Positions 28,660-38,789 of a stretch of 64,000 nucleotides of DNA are shown piece after piece (within the stretch, counting starts at the first letter, position 1; every line of letters begins with the position of its first letter). This DNA is from a virus, in IMG/VR virus record IMGVR_UViG_3300020579_000006, positions 1-64,000 of that record; one strand, given 5' to 3'. The position numbers were made by a program, and so were the translations under genes. The notes beneath the pieces were generated by a model. It saw only the letters and a list, made by a program, of their open reading frames with translations, did not search any database and was not told where the DNA came from.

Positions 28660-29034
28660 ATGTCATTCGATTCAGAAATTAACAAACAAGAGAAGATTCA
28701 GCTAGACGAAATTGATTCAGTCGCTGCTCGGGCGGCTTATAGTCTATCTGAATTCAGAGGAGAGCAGGTTTCAGAACTTGCTGAAAGTCGTAGACGAGAT
28801 TCAGCGGCTCAGAGCCAGCAAGTCCAATCTACTATCCGTCAGCAAGAAGAACAGCATGCTATGTACATGCGGCACCAAGAGCAGAACCACCTCCTTTGGA
28901 CGGCTGTCTTCTCTATCGTGCTGAGTAACCTTTCCGGTAATCAGTCTATAAGCCGGTCAGATAATTCGGCTTTGGCTGGAAACCTATCCCAAGTTTTAGC
29001 TAAGTTAGCGGAGACCGTTCCGCCTAAGAGTTAA
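28660..29034 (+). CDS. hypothetical protein
   Basis: AGGAG RBS; first gene of right arm. Confidence 0.6.
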   Translation: MSFDSEINKQEKIQLDEIDSVAARAAYSLSEFRGEQVSELAESRRRDSAAQSQQVQSTIRQQEEQHAMYMRHQEQNHLLWTAVFSIVLSNLSGNQSISRSDNSALAGNLSQVLAKLAETVPPKS

Positions 29035-29037
29035 ACT

Positions 29038-29289
29038 ATGAACTGCCAAGACGTGACTTGTCCGGAAAATGAACAATCAACTCTAGATATGGTTAGTGAA
29101 GGTTTAGATGCTTTCAATAAAGCTACTAAGGGTAAACGTATATTGGACGGAGGATTGCCTACTCGCTCAGGTAGAAACATTCAGTTTTTTCGGTACGAGT
29201 TAATTCCGGAAATTGAACAGGTGGTCCCCTGGGCACCGCAGTCCTATCCAGGTGAATGGCCAACCCTTGGACCTGGATTTTTCTGCTAG
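29038..29289 (+). CDS. hypothetical protein
   Basis: Operon packing. Confidence 0.5.
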   Translation: MNCQDVTCPENEQSTLDMVSEGLDAFNKATKGKRILDGGLPTRSGRNIQFFRYELIPEIEQVVPWAPQSYPGEWPTLGPGFFC

Positions 29290-29298
29290 GAGGTCTTA

Positions 29299-29499
29299 AT
29301 GACCAAGTGGCTTATCGAGTATATAGGTCTTGGTACCCCGCCGGTTTATATAGCTGGACCTATTTACGGTCATGACTGGTGTATCTGTTTTAGTCCTCAT
29401 AAAGCTCTACAGTTCAATACCAAGGAAGAAGCAGAAGCTGAGATAGTTCGGCTTAATGTCAAGTCTAAGTGGAAACCAACCGAACATAGTTTCCTATAA
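29299..29499 (+). CDS. hypothetical protein
   Basis: GGAGG RBS. Confidence 0.55.
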   Translation: MTKWLIEYIGLGTPPVYIAGPIYGHDWCICFSPHKALQFNTKEEAEAEIVRLNVKSKWKPTEHSFL

Positions 29500-29579
29500 G
29501 TTCAAGTATAAAGTTTCGAGATAGAATGCGAGCGTTGCTCACTAATCTCTGGTTTTAATAATTCAATAAAGGAATAAAA

Positions 29580-30200
29580 ATGTCTAATCAAAATACAGTA
29601 GCCGGGTTTTATAACATCCCCGCTCAGGTAATCACAGTATCAACCGAAGTAGCTTTACTGGTTCCAGCCGCAGGCGTCTATGCTGGTCTACCTTCTCCTG
29701 TTCTTCCCGCAGCTTCCGGTCTAAGTGCCAGCCCTTCCCCAGATATTACCGGTATTGGGTCTACTCTTGACGTACACCGCTTTAACGTTCGTTTGACCGG
29801 TAAAGTAGCTAACCCAGGCGGTGGTAACTTAGCTCTAAGACTATATCAAGTTCCATTTGCAAACGTCGGAGTTATTAGCGCTGCCGGTTCTGTTACTTCT
29901 GCTGGTGCCCCCGGTTCCGGAGACGTAATTCTTGTTACATTTACTTCTATTACCGCTCCAGCTAATCCTTCGACATTTTCTGTTGAGGCGGACCTTGTTT
30001 GGAGTTCTTCGGTCAATCGTATTGATGGTTATTTCTTCGGTAATGCGAACGGAGTCTTTATGGATTTTGCTGAAGTAACCGCCGTAACTTCGGGAGTCGC
30101 AACGGCAAACCAGTTAAACTTTCTGCCATCTTTTCAGTTTAGCGTTGCTAATGCTACAAACTCCGTTCAGTTGAGCGAGTTTGTTGTGGAAAGAGTTTAG
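29580..30200 (+). CDS. putative virion structural protein (likely paralogue of 56190-56888)
   Basis: Strong RBS; A/G/S/V-rich; shared pattern F.VR..G...L.L..YQ...EA...W.S. Confidence 0.6.
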   Translation: MSNQNTVAGFYNIPAQVITVSTEVALLVPAAGVYAGLPSPVLPAASGLSASPSPDITGIGSTLDVHRFNVRLTGKVANPGGGNLALRLYQVPFANVGVISAAGSVTSAGAPGSGDVILVTFTSITAPANPSTFSVEADLVWSSSVNRIDGYFFGNANGVFMDFAEVTAVTSGVATANQLNFLPSFQFSVANATNSVQLSEFVVERV

Positions 30201-30259
30201 TTCGAACTAATGGTCGGGGGTAGCCGACACTACCCCTGATTCTCTTGTCGGAGAGAAAG

Positions 30260-30826
30260 ATGATAATTTATTTACTTCGTTGTACAGTTTCTGGAAAAGC
30301 ATATATAGGTCAATCTATTCATTCTTTAGAAGATAGGTGGAAGATTCATCTCAAAGATGCTAAAAGAGGTGCTCCATATATGCTACACAAAGCTATTCGT
30401 AAATATGGCCCGGAAGCTTTTGAGAAAACCGTTCTTCAAGAAGTCTCTGCGGTAGAAGAATTAAATACCTTGGAAATATACTATATTAAGACTCAAAATA
30501 CCAAAGTCCCTTTCGGCTATAATATGACCGATGGTGGAGAGGGTCATAAAGGTCAAGAATTTAGTTTAGAACATAGACGTAAATTGAGCGAGTCCTTAAT
30601 TGGAAACAAACACACTGCCGGTCATGTTTTAACTGAGGAACATAAATCTAAAGTCAGTATTGCGCTTAAAGGAAAAACTCGTTCTGCCGAAGCTAGAGCA
30701 AACATGAGTATCGGTCAAAAAGGTAATCAAAAATGGCTTGGTAGAAAACACTCTCCTGAGACCATAGAAAAATGTAGGATTGCCCGAACAAAGTATTGGG
30801 AAAGGAAAAAAACACTATGTCAATAG
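30260..30826 (+). CDS. GIY-YIG homing endonuclease with NUMOD3 repeats
   Basis: 'IIYLL...GKAYIGQS...RWKIH...AIRKYG..F...E...GYNMTDGGEG' plus repeated HS.E...K.S. Confidence 0.9.
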   Translation: MIIYLLRCTVSGKAYIGQSIHSLEDRWKIHLKDAKRGAPYMLHKAIRKYGPEAFEKTVLQEVSAVEELNTLEIYYIKTQNTKVPFGYNMTDGGEGHKGQEFSLEHRRKLSESLIGNKHTAGHVLTEEHKSKVSIALKGKTRSAEARANMSIGQKGNQKWLGRKHSPETIEKCRIARTKYWERKKTLCQ

Positions 30827-30972
30827 TAATCGCTTTTGTTGTAGGAGTTTTCGGCGGAGGTTGGGCCGGATATTCTTATGGTTCTAAAGTACAGAAAGCA
30901 GTAGAAGCTAAAGTCGCATCCGTTGCGGGTTCGGTAGCTGCTTCTGCTAGTTCTGTAGCAAAGAAAGTCTAA
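30817..30972 (+). CDS. small membrane protein (51 aa)
   Basis: MSIVIAFVVGVFGGGWAGY...; AAGGA upstream. Confidence 0.5.
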   Translation: MSIVIAFVVGVFGGGWAGYSYGSKVQKAVEAKVASVAGSVAASASSVAKKV

Positions 30973-30995
30973 CTAATTGTCCGGTTTCCGGACAT

Positions 30996-31072
30996 GCGAG
31001 GCTAGTGTTTAAAAGCCAGCACACCGGTCTTCCAAACCGGTAGTATCGGTGCAACTCCGATGCTTCGCTCCA
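30996..31072 (+). tRNA. tRNA-Gly(TCC)
   Basis: GCGAGGC/GCTTCGC acceptor stem, CCGGT-CTTCCAA-ACCGG, U73, CCA. Confidence 0.88.
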
Positions 31073-31077
31073 TTTAA

Positions 31078-31151
31078 GGAGTCGTCGTCTAGTGACAAGA
31101 CGCTCGACTGTCGCTCGAAGAACGAGGGTTTGATTCCCTTCGACTCCGCCA
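31078..31151 (+). tRNA. tRNA-Asp(GTC)
   Basis: GGAGTCG/CGACTCC acceptor stem, loop CTGTCGC, G73, CCA. Confidence 0.85.
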
Positions 31152-31163
31152 TTTTGGTGTTAA

Positions 31164-31562
31164 ATGAAAATCCCATACTGGAAACTCGCCTTCGGTCCAG
31201 CCATACTATTTGTTCTCGGGTTTTTAATGAATGCAATAGTAGTAGCCGACAACAGCGGGACTATGCCTGTCCTAGTTCATAACTGCACCCAAGAATTAAT
31301 GGGCGAAGATGATGACCTTCATGTGTGTATGGGCGAGGAAGCTCATCTTAAAATCCTGGCAGACTGGATACTGTGGAATCACGTAGGGGTTTTTAGTCCC
31401 GGTGATTTTTTGGAGATAGCAGGAGAGCTAACCTTTAACCCGTTTTTAATAGCGTGGCTAGCGTTCGTAATAAGAGATTATAACCGTAGAGGAATAGATG
31501 GCGGTAGAACACATTCTTGGTGGGAAAGAAAACAAACAACTAGAACGCCCTATCCTGATTGA
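31164..31562 (+). CDS. DUF5317-like membrane protein
   Basis: 'N.IVV..N.G.MPV...L.DWI.....FSPGD'. Confidence 0.7.
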   Translation: MKIPYWKLAFGPAILFVLGFLMNAIVVADNSGTMPVLVHNCTQELMGEDDDLHVCMGEEAHLKILADWILWNHVGVFSPGDFLEIAGELTFNPFLIAWLAFVIRDYNRRGIDGGRTHSWWERKQTTRTPYPD

Positions 31563-32097
31563 CCCGGTTGATGATGAAGGATATTTTCTATTACCCGAAG
31601 AATTTAGTCCTAAAGATGAAGTAAGATGGGCTAAACGCCGTCAGGATTCTATTCGTGTCGCCCAGTATGCGGATTCTAAGTGCGGGCTTCCTAATACCTA
31701 TGACCCCGAAGGCGCTTATTTATGCGGTGGGTGTGGAGACGGCAGTTCGAAACCTTGTAACAAACTAGTAATTGAAAATAGTGAATGCTTAATTCGCATA
31801 GCTCCTATAAATAAACCCGACCTACAAAGTTGTGGCTATTGGGAGATACAAAACGCAGGAGACCCCGAGGGTCGATACTGCGATAAAGGAAAGTTAGAAG
31901 ACGACCGTATAGGGTTTGGTGAAACCGAAAACCCCAAAGGATTTGGCTGCATAAGATGTGAATATGGTCAGCAAGGAATGCCCCGTCCTGATAGCGAAGG
32001 TCGTACTCTGTGGTGTAAGAAAAAAGGACACCCGGTAGAAGAAAACGCCTGCTGTGAAGATAACGAACCTCTAGAAAATGAAGAGAGCGAAGAATAG
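31498..32097 (+). CDS. Cys-rich hypothetical protein
   Basis: GAGGA RBS; multiple Cys clusters. Confidence 0.6.
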   Translation: MAVEHILGGKENKQLERPILIDPVDDEGYFLLPEEFSPKDEVRWAKRRQDSIRVAQYADSKCGLPNTYDPEGAYLCGGCGDGSSKPCNKLVIENSECLIRIAPINKPDLQSCGYWEIQNAGDPEGRYCDKGKLEDDRIGFGETENPKGFGCIRCEYGQQGMPRPDSEGRTLWCKKKGHPVEENACCEDNEPLENEESEE

Positions 32098-32546
32098 TGA
32101 GAGCGGACCAACTAATCTATCACCAAGGAATGTGGCGGGCCGAAGTCGGTGGTAAGCACTATTGCGCTCAAACCAAAGAACTTCTAAAACTCGGCTTAAA
32201 GCATGTAGGTATCTCAGTAAGTGAACCACAGTATATCGAGTTTGATGACCGTACTCCAACCGAAGTTTATATAGACGTGCTTCGTAGCCCTGAATCTCCT
32301 CTACTAGTTAAACAAGAAACCCTGATACGTTTGTTTACGTTAGCTAATCAGGGCGACCCACTAGCCGAAGAACTCGTAAATGCCATTCCTACTGACCGGT
32401 CGTTTGATGCTCAGTACTATACTAAACAAATAGGTAAAACTGATTTTCTATTTGTGGGCGTTGCCGAACTACATGAGTACGTAGATAACATAGTGCTACG
32501 GTCTAAGCTTATAACAGAGCTTGGCAATTTATATAAGAGAATCTAA
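32097..32546 (+). CDS. hypothetical protein
   Basis: TAGTG coupling. Confidence 0.55.
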   Translation: MRADQLIYHQGMWRAEVGGKHYCAQTKELLKLGLKHVGISVSEPQYIEFDDRTPTEVYIDVLRSPESPLLVKQETLIRLFTLANQGDPLAEELVNAIPTDRSFDAQYYTKQIGKTDFLFVGVAELHEYVDNIVLRSKLITELGNLYKRI

Positions 32547-32548
32547 AG

Positions 32549-33190
32549 ATGCCAATAGGACCGTCAAATGCACTTGCCCCGTATATAGGCCCCGGAGGGT
32601 TAATAGTAGTTATTGACCCCGCAGTTATCATTAGTAATAACGTACTAAATGTGCTTCCTCAAACTAATGTAATAGTAGCTCCCAACACTACTAATTTTAT
32701 TTTCTATAACGCGGTGTCTAACGCAATTCAAGTTAATACCTCCGGTTTTCCTAGTCAAGTTATTCCTATCGCTACCGCCACTACATCTATGAATGGCAAC
32801 ATGGTTCTTCTTGATAATAGACCAGATTTCACTATTATCAGTCTTCCTACTGCTTTAGTTAACGCTCCGGGTACTTCGCTAACAACAGGTAATTTTTCAT
32901 TTTCCGGATGGGGAACCGGAGCCAGTCTAGTAGTTAATTCCGGCACTCAAACCGGATTTTCGATTACTATAACCGCCGGTACTAGTCCTAGTCAACGTCC
33001 CACTATCACCCTAACTTTTAATACGTCTTATTCAAATGCTCCTATCACGATAGCTCAAGTCAATGGTGGAACCGGAATGGTAACTGATATTACTGCTGCT
33101 AACACTACTACTCAATCAGTCATGACCTATGACGGTCTTCCAGTAAATACAAAAACATATACTATACAGGTTTTTACCCTTGGTCAATAA
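32549..33190 (+). CDS. putative virion/tail-fibre accessory protein
   Basis: T/S/N/G-rich beta composition. Confidence 0.55.
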   Translation: MPIGPSNALAPYIGPGGLIVVIDPAVIISNNVLNVLPQTNVIVAPNTTNFIFYNAVSNAIQVNTSGFPSQVIPIATATTSMNGNMVLLDNRPDFTIISLPTALVNAPGTSLTTGNFSFSGWGTGASLVVNSGTQTGFSITITAGTSPSQRPTITLTFNTSYSNAPITIAQVNGGTGMVTDITAANTTTQSVMTYDGLPVNTKTYTIQVFTLGQ

Positions 33191-36100
33191 ATTCATAAAA
33201 TTTATATTTGGGTTGGCATTACTACTCGGGATAACCCTGCCTACTCGTGGCCAAACCAGTTTAACAGGCCGTATAGTAGAAGACGTAGCGGCTAATCGTC
33301 CCACTACTTGCACGACCGGCGATGTTTATGTAGATACAGATGATGCCAATAGTTGGAGATGCTTTCCTAATAATGTTTGGGTTAGTTTCGGTGGCGGTTT
33401 AGTAAGTCCGATTACTGCTCCTAATCCTTTACAGTTTAATGTCGATTTAATATTTAAAGGTCCTAATCCTGCGTATGATGCTCGTGTTTCAGGCGTTCGG
33501 TCAGTTAGTGTTGGTTCGGTACCGGCTATCCCCGGAACTACCGTATCTATTAATGCCGGTTCTGCTTCCGCTATAATTTCTAGTTCTTCTGGTTTTCAAA
33601 CCGGAGACGGCGTTGTTATTTATGGTGCGGGCGTCACTAATCCTATTTCAACCCCTTCCTCCCCGACTGTTACTCCTGTTAATGCAGTTGGCCTGACCGG
33701 CACACTGTTAGACACCGCCAGTCCTAGTGGTTCTACTACCTATCAATATTGTGTAGCAGCCTGGGGCGGACCTGTCGGCCAAGCAGTTACGGCCTGCAGT
33801 GCTAATACTAGTATAAGTACGGGTCAGGCGTCTCTAGGACCGCAAAGTGTTTCGATTACTTCAATCGCTAACTCTAATGGTACTTTTTCAATCGTAACAT
33901 CTTCTGCCCACACAGTTGCGGTGGGTGCTTTAGTGCAAATACGAGGGGCGCTCCCGGCAAATTTTAACGGATATTTTCGTGTATTAACTGCTGTAGATAA
34001 CACCCATCTAACCGTAAGTACTTCTTACGATACCCGAAACGGAGCTTTGGTTGCGCCAACCACGGCAGGCACTTTGACTTGGTGGAATTCTAATAGAATT
34101 ACAGTCGCCGCCGCTACAGGTTCTAGCAACGGTACTAAGTACCTAGTATACGGCCGTACCTCTGGTTCTATGACTTTGCTCGGAGTGATGTGGCCACAAA
34201 ACTCTAATTTTAACACCGACCCCACATATCTCGCTTTTGATGATTACGGACCTACTTTTACTGTTGCGCCAAACCTGCCGTTTTATATTTCATCTTCCCC
34301 TCCTGTTTCCTCTACAAATGACTCTTTAGTTACTACCATTGTTTCTGGACTACCGAGCACCACGATTATCTTAGCTGCTACAGCTAGTAATTCGGTGTCT
34401 GGTGCTACAATTCTATTCGACGACGGCGTAACACTAGCTGCCGCATCTCTAGCCGCTAAAAACGAAGGAGCCAAATTAGTACTTCCGGCTGGAGGTACAT
34501 ATCCTATTAACTCGCCAACAACACTCGCTAATAGCGGAGAGCTGGATTACTATGGCGGATTAAACCTAAACGAAACTTTAAATATTAGTACGAATACGGT
34601 TTCCGGACAATATATCCCAAACGGTTCAGCAGCATCGTTTGGATTGAACCCCTCCCCGGTGATAAATGTACTTCGCGGTTGGCCCGGATTATACGCCACT
34701 AATAACGTCTATCTTCACTATTTAACTATTAGTAGTGGCGAGTCAGCAAATTTATTTATGCAAGACGGTGGTACCGGTCAAATTCCGGCCAGTACTTTTG
34801 ACCGTACACAGTGGACTCTTAGTGGTAACGGGTATACTAGTACCGCACAAGTATTTCGTACTAACCATACGAACTCTTTTGCGGATATTTTTTATAGTGG
34901 TACACTTCTTACAGCCGGTCAATTAGGTTCCGGTTCCATGTCCACACCTGGAATTTTTTGGAGTGGGCCGGGAAATCCGGTAATGCGAGATACTTTCCTA
35001 AGCGGTAAAGGTATGCTGCTTCGTCCTGCGGTATCGGGTTCGACCTACGTAATGGACTGGGTTTATAGTCAAGCTAACTACATGCCGTACTTATCAGTTA
35101 TTGGCGTGGATGGAGGCGGAGTAGGAATAACCGGAAGAATCAACACCGTTTTATTTGACACTACACAGGCACCGCTAATAGCGAATCTTGGCGGGGTCAT
35201 TCTCTCCTTAGTGACCGATAGTATTCCAAGTCAAACATTGATTTCTTCTCCTAATAGCGACACCTCTATCGTAGGTCCACCCGTAGGAAGTCTTGGAACC
35301 AATGTTAGTACGATATCAAACGAGCCGACTTTTTTTTCTGTGAACGATGGAACGTTTAATGCGGGGGTTATTCAGGCTAATCAAGTAACACCACAGTATC
35401 CAATTAATTCTTTTGTTCCAATTGGGCCAGCCTTTGCAGTATTTGTTGAAGACCTTCCAGGAACTGCCCCTACTTGTTCTGTAGTCAATAGTGGCACTTT
35501 CTTTCCGTCGGCGGGCACATGGTTTTTTGAATATGCATATAAATACGCTAATGGAGGAATGGGAACTCCTTCGTTTCCGAGTACCGGTTGTACTGTTAAC
35601 GGGACTAGCCAGGATATAAACGTAGTTTTACCGACAGCTCCTGCTACTATTGGTTTAGGCGCGTATATTATGGCGGCAAACGCGGCTAATGGACCTTACT
35701 TTTATATTGGAGGGTCAGACCCGACAACCCAAGGAGCCGCTTGGAATGCGTCAACTAACACGTATTTATTTTCAGGTTTTGCGTCTATTCCGTCTCCTAC
35801 ATCAGCAGGTTCAGGACCGTCAGGGATAAGTAGTGGTTTAATCTGGGGTAAAGTGGTTTCTATAGGCTCAAGTACCATTAGTGCCCCGAATAATACAGTT
35901 CCCCGCAATTTAACTCTTCCCGATACTTCTGGCACCGTCGGGATTATGACTGGTTCTTTCACCAATGCTCACTGTTTACAGGCTAGTGTTATTGGAGGAG
36001 TTCTATCAATAGCAGATACTGGCGCTACTTGCGGAAGTGGCGGCGGTGGCGCTACCTTTCAGGTTAATGGCACTAATACTAGTAGCCAAACTACTATAAA

Positions 36101-38789
36101 TTTTCAAAGTGCTGCTACCTTTAATGGTATAACCGCAGCGTTTTCTAATCCTTCCGCTGGAAACGTCCTTCTTACTTTAAGCGGCGCGGCAACAAATGCA
36201 TTTCTTCTAAACTCAAGTGTAACTATCAATACGGCTTTACCTTTAACCGGCGGAGGAGTACTCGCCCTTGGTGGAACGTTAAATCTTACTTGTCCAAATT
36301 GTAGTTCTGGAGGAGTTAACTCTCGTACTACGAATTATAACCTCGTATCTACTGACGATGGATTCTTGGTATCTTCTAATGGCACTAGTTTAACTGACAC
36401 ACTTCCTTCTACACCTCCTAGTGCTTTTTGGGATGTAGATATTCAGAATCTGAATGCTACAAACCTGACTATTAGTAGAAACGGACTTCTTATCAATGGA
36501 GCGGCTAATAATATAGTAGTTCCTCCATTCCAATCGGTTCGAATTTTTACAGATAGCGCTAACTATTTTAACCCTAATCCTCCACTTATAGCCGGGACTA
36601 ATATTACAATTACCGGAGCACCAAACGGTATTACTATTGCAGCTTCTGGAACAGGAGTAGGAGGTTCTGGTACAACAGGATTTTTCTCTTGTTGGACTTC
36701 TTCATCTAATCTCGGAAACTGTCACATGGATGACGGTGTAACTACGGCGGCTACTATAACCGCTACAGAACCTATAGTAGCTCCAAGTGTTACCGCTAAT
36801 GGCTTATGCAATGCTGGAACTACAGGTTGCGTAATATTAACCGCCGGTACTGCCCCATCTTCTTTTAATACTAACTCGTTTACTCTATATGCGCCTACAT
36901 CTATCTCTACTCCATATGGTTGGGTAGTACCTAGCGCCGCTGCTACTGGTATTCTACATCTTACTAATGCAGCTAACGTAGTTACCTTATCTGTTAGCGC
37001 CATTAATCTAGCTGGTGCTGATGTAACCGGAAACCTGCCTTTCAGTCAGTTAAGCGCGGCTACTAACTCAAATCCCGGCACTTTTGCGGTATCTAGTAAC
37101 ACATGGGATTTTAGTGCTGCCACCTTAATTAAGATGCGCACTGCCGCAGGTTTAACGACCACGGTTAACGGTGATATAGGATACGATACTACTAATAAAA
37201 ACTGGCATGCGTTTCAGAATGGCGTAGATAGCTATCAATTTGGCGGTCCAGTTTCCGGAACTTACACTAGCGGAGACTGCGTAGAGTTTAGTAAAGTATC
37301 TAACGTTATTACACTAATTGATGCTGGTGCCGCTTGCGGGTCTGGAGGCGGTGGAGGAGCTACTCTTCAAACTAACAGCGTAAATAATACTAGTCAGACT
37401 ACGCTCAATCTTATTAATAGCGCCGCTACAAACGGTATTACTCTAACTGTTACCAACACTTCTGGTGGTACAGTACAACTGGGATATACTGGTACTCTAA
37501 ATAACTCTGGTTTAACAAATTCATCTACTACTATTGATGGGGTTACTTGTACTCTTGGTTCTACCTGTACTCTCACTCTAGATGAAATTAGCAACCCAGT
37601 TGCATCTAAAACCTTTACTTTTCCTGCTACGAACGTACTAACTATTTCTGGTACTGCTCCTGCTAGTCAAAGCGGAGCAGGCCTTAACGCCGGTACTTTA
37701 TTTAGCGTAACAGGTGTTACTGGTTCAGCTACAACCGGGTCGGCTACTACCGCCGGTAGTGGGTCTTTTATTTCTCTAACTTGCGGTAATGGCGGGTCCG
37801 GTTCTGGAGGCACAAACGCAGTGGGTGGTCAAGGCGGAGACTGCACTATTATTGCAGGTAATGCGGGTGTTTCCGGTGGTACGGCAGCTAATGCAAGAGG
37901 TGGTAATATAGTACTAACTTCTGGTTTAGCAGGTAGCGGTGGTTCAGGAGCCGCTGGTGCAGCCGGTATTATTCAACTTAATGGAGCTACAATACTTGCT
38001 ACTCCAAGCACATCCGCTGTTAATAACTCCTGGTCATTTCAAATCCAGGGTGAGTATCAAAACTCCGGAACACCAACGTTCACTACAGATACTTGGACTG
38101 TTCAGGATATAATCGGCTCTGGTACTAACGGTACTAGTACTTTAACTTTTAGTCATTTAGGTTCCACCGGGTCTTCGGCAGTTAACGTACCTTTACTAAC
38201 AGTCGGTACCGCTCCTGCTTGTGTACCAGGAACCGCTGGTGGAGAATGTTTTACCCAAGGTACTGCATTTACTAACGTAGCTGGTTCTGCTGGTTTTTAT
38301 CCAGATTCAACCACAAACGAATTCATGGCCGCTACAAATGGCTCTAGTTCCTTTGGTATGCTAGTACGCAGTCAGCCATCTCCTATACATCAAACTGGTA
38401 AAACGGCGGCTATTTCTACCGCTACTTTGTGTGCTGCTTCCGCAGGTGCTTGTAACACTGCTGGTGAATATCACTTACATTTTGATTTTATAGAAACCGG
38501 AACCGCTTGTACAGTTCCCGGAACCGGCGGTGTTACATTCTTACTAACTTGGACAGATAGTAATGGAACGGCCCACTCAGCAGTTTCGCTAGGAATGGAC
38601 GATGCGTCTACTATTAATGCTGTTTCGCAGACCTTCCACTTTCAGACTTCACTTGGAGCGGCGTGGGGAAGCGGAGACTTTAACATCTCGACCAACGGTT
38701 CGGTAATTCAATATGCTACGGGCTATACCGCTTGTGGTACTGGAACCGGTACATACCAACTAGATGCAGCTATAACGAGACTACAATAG
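33180..38789 (+). CDS. giant tail fibre/adhesin-like protein (1869 aa)
   Basis: T/G/S-rich modular sequence with internal duplicated module (CGSGGGGAT.Q.N..N...QTT.N); N-terminal signal-like segment. Confidence 0.7.
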   Translation: MVNKFIKFIFGLALLLGITLPTRGQTSLTGRIVEDVAANRPTTCTTGDVYVDTDDANSWRCFPNNVWVSFGGGLVSPITAPNPLQFNVDLIFKGPNPAYDARVSGVRSVSVGSVPAIPGTTVSINAGSASAIISSSSGFQTGDGVVIYGAGVTNPISTPSSPTVTPVNAVGLTGTLLDTASPSGSTTYQYCVAAWGGPVGQAVTACSANTSISTGQASLGPQSVSITSIANSNGTFSIVTSSAHTVAVGALVQIRGALPANFNGYFRVLTAVDNTHLTVSTSYDTRNGALVAPTTAGTLTWWNSNRITVAAATGSSNGTKYLVYGRTSGSMTLLGVMWPQNSNFNTDPTYLAFDDYGPTFTVAPNLPFYISSSPPVSSTNDSLVTTIVSGLPSTTIILAATASNSVSGATILFDDGVTLAAASLAAKNEGAKLVLPAGGTYPINSPTTLANSGELDYYGGLNLNETLNISTNTVSGQYIPNGSAASFGLNPSPVINVLRGWPGLYATNNVYLHYLTISSGESANLFMQDGGTGQIPASTFDRTQWTLSGNGYTSTAQVFRTNHTNSFADIFYSGTLLTAGQLGSGSMSTPGIFWSGPGNPVMRDTFLSGKGMLLRPAVSGSTYVMDWVYSQANYMPYLSVIGVDGGGVGITGRINTVLFDTTQAPLIANLGGVILSLVTDSIPSQTLISSPNSDTSIVGPPVGSLGTNVSTISNEPTFFSVNDGTFNAGVIQANQVTPQYPINSFVPIGPAFAVFVEDLPGTAPTCSVVNSGTFFPSAGTWFFEYAYKYANGGMGTPSFPSTGCTVNGTSQDINVVLPTAPATIGLGAYIMAANAANGPYFYIGGSDPTTQGAAWNASTNTYLFSGFASIPSPTSAGSGPSGISSGLIWGKVVSIGSSTISAPNNTVPRNLTLPDTSGTVGIMTGSFTNAHCLQASVIGGVLSIADTGATCGSGGGGATFQVNGTNTSSQTTINFQSAATFNGITAAFSNPSAGNVLLTLSGAATNAFLLNSSVTINTALPLTGGGVLALGGTLNLTCPNCSSGGVNSRTTNYNLVSTDDGFLVSSNGTSLTDTLPSTPPSAFWDVDIQNLNATNLTISRNGLLINGAANNIVVPPFQSVRIFTDSANYFNPNPPLIAGTNITITGAPNGITIAASGTGVGGSGTTGFFSCWTSSSNLGNCHMDDGVTTAATITATEPIVAPSVTANGLCNAGTTGCVILTAGTAPSSFNTNSFTLYAPTSISTPYGWVVPSAAATGILHLTNAANVVTLSVSAINLAGADVTGNLPFSQLSAATNSNPGTFAVSSNTWDFSAATLIKMRTAAGLTTTVNGDIGYDTTNKNWHAFQNGVDSYQFGGPVSGTYTSGDCVEFSKVSNVITLIDAGAACGSGGGGGATLQTNSVNNTSQTTLNLINSAATNGITLTVTNTSGGTVQLGYTGTLNNSGLTNSSTTIDGVTCTLGSTCTLTLDEISNPVASKTFTFPATNVLTISGTAPASQSGAGLNAGTLFSVTGVTGSATTGSATTAGSGSFISLTCGNGGSGSGGTNAVGGQGGDCTIIAGNAGVSGGTAANARGGNIVLTSGLAGSGGSGAAGAAGIIQLNGATILATPSTSAVNNSWSFQIQGEYQNSGTPTFTTDTWTVQDIIGSGTNGTSTLTFSHLGSTGSSAVNVPLLTVGTAPACVPGTAGGECFTQGTAFTNVAGSAGFYPDSTTNEFMAATNGSSSFGMLVRSQPSPIHQTGKTAAISTATLCAASAGACNTAGEYHLHFDFIETGTACTVPGTGGVTFLLTWTDSNGTAHSAVSLGMDDASTINAVSQTFHFQTSLGAAWGSGDFNISTNGSVIQYATGYTACGTGTGTYQLDAAITRLQ

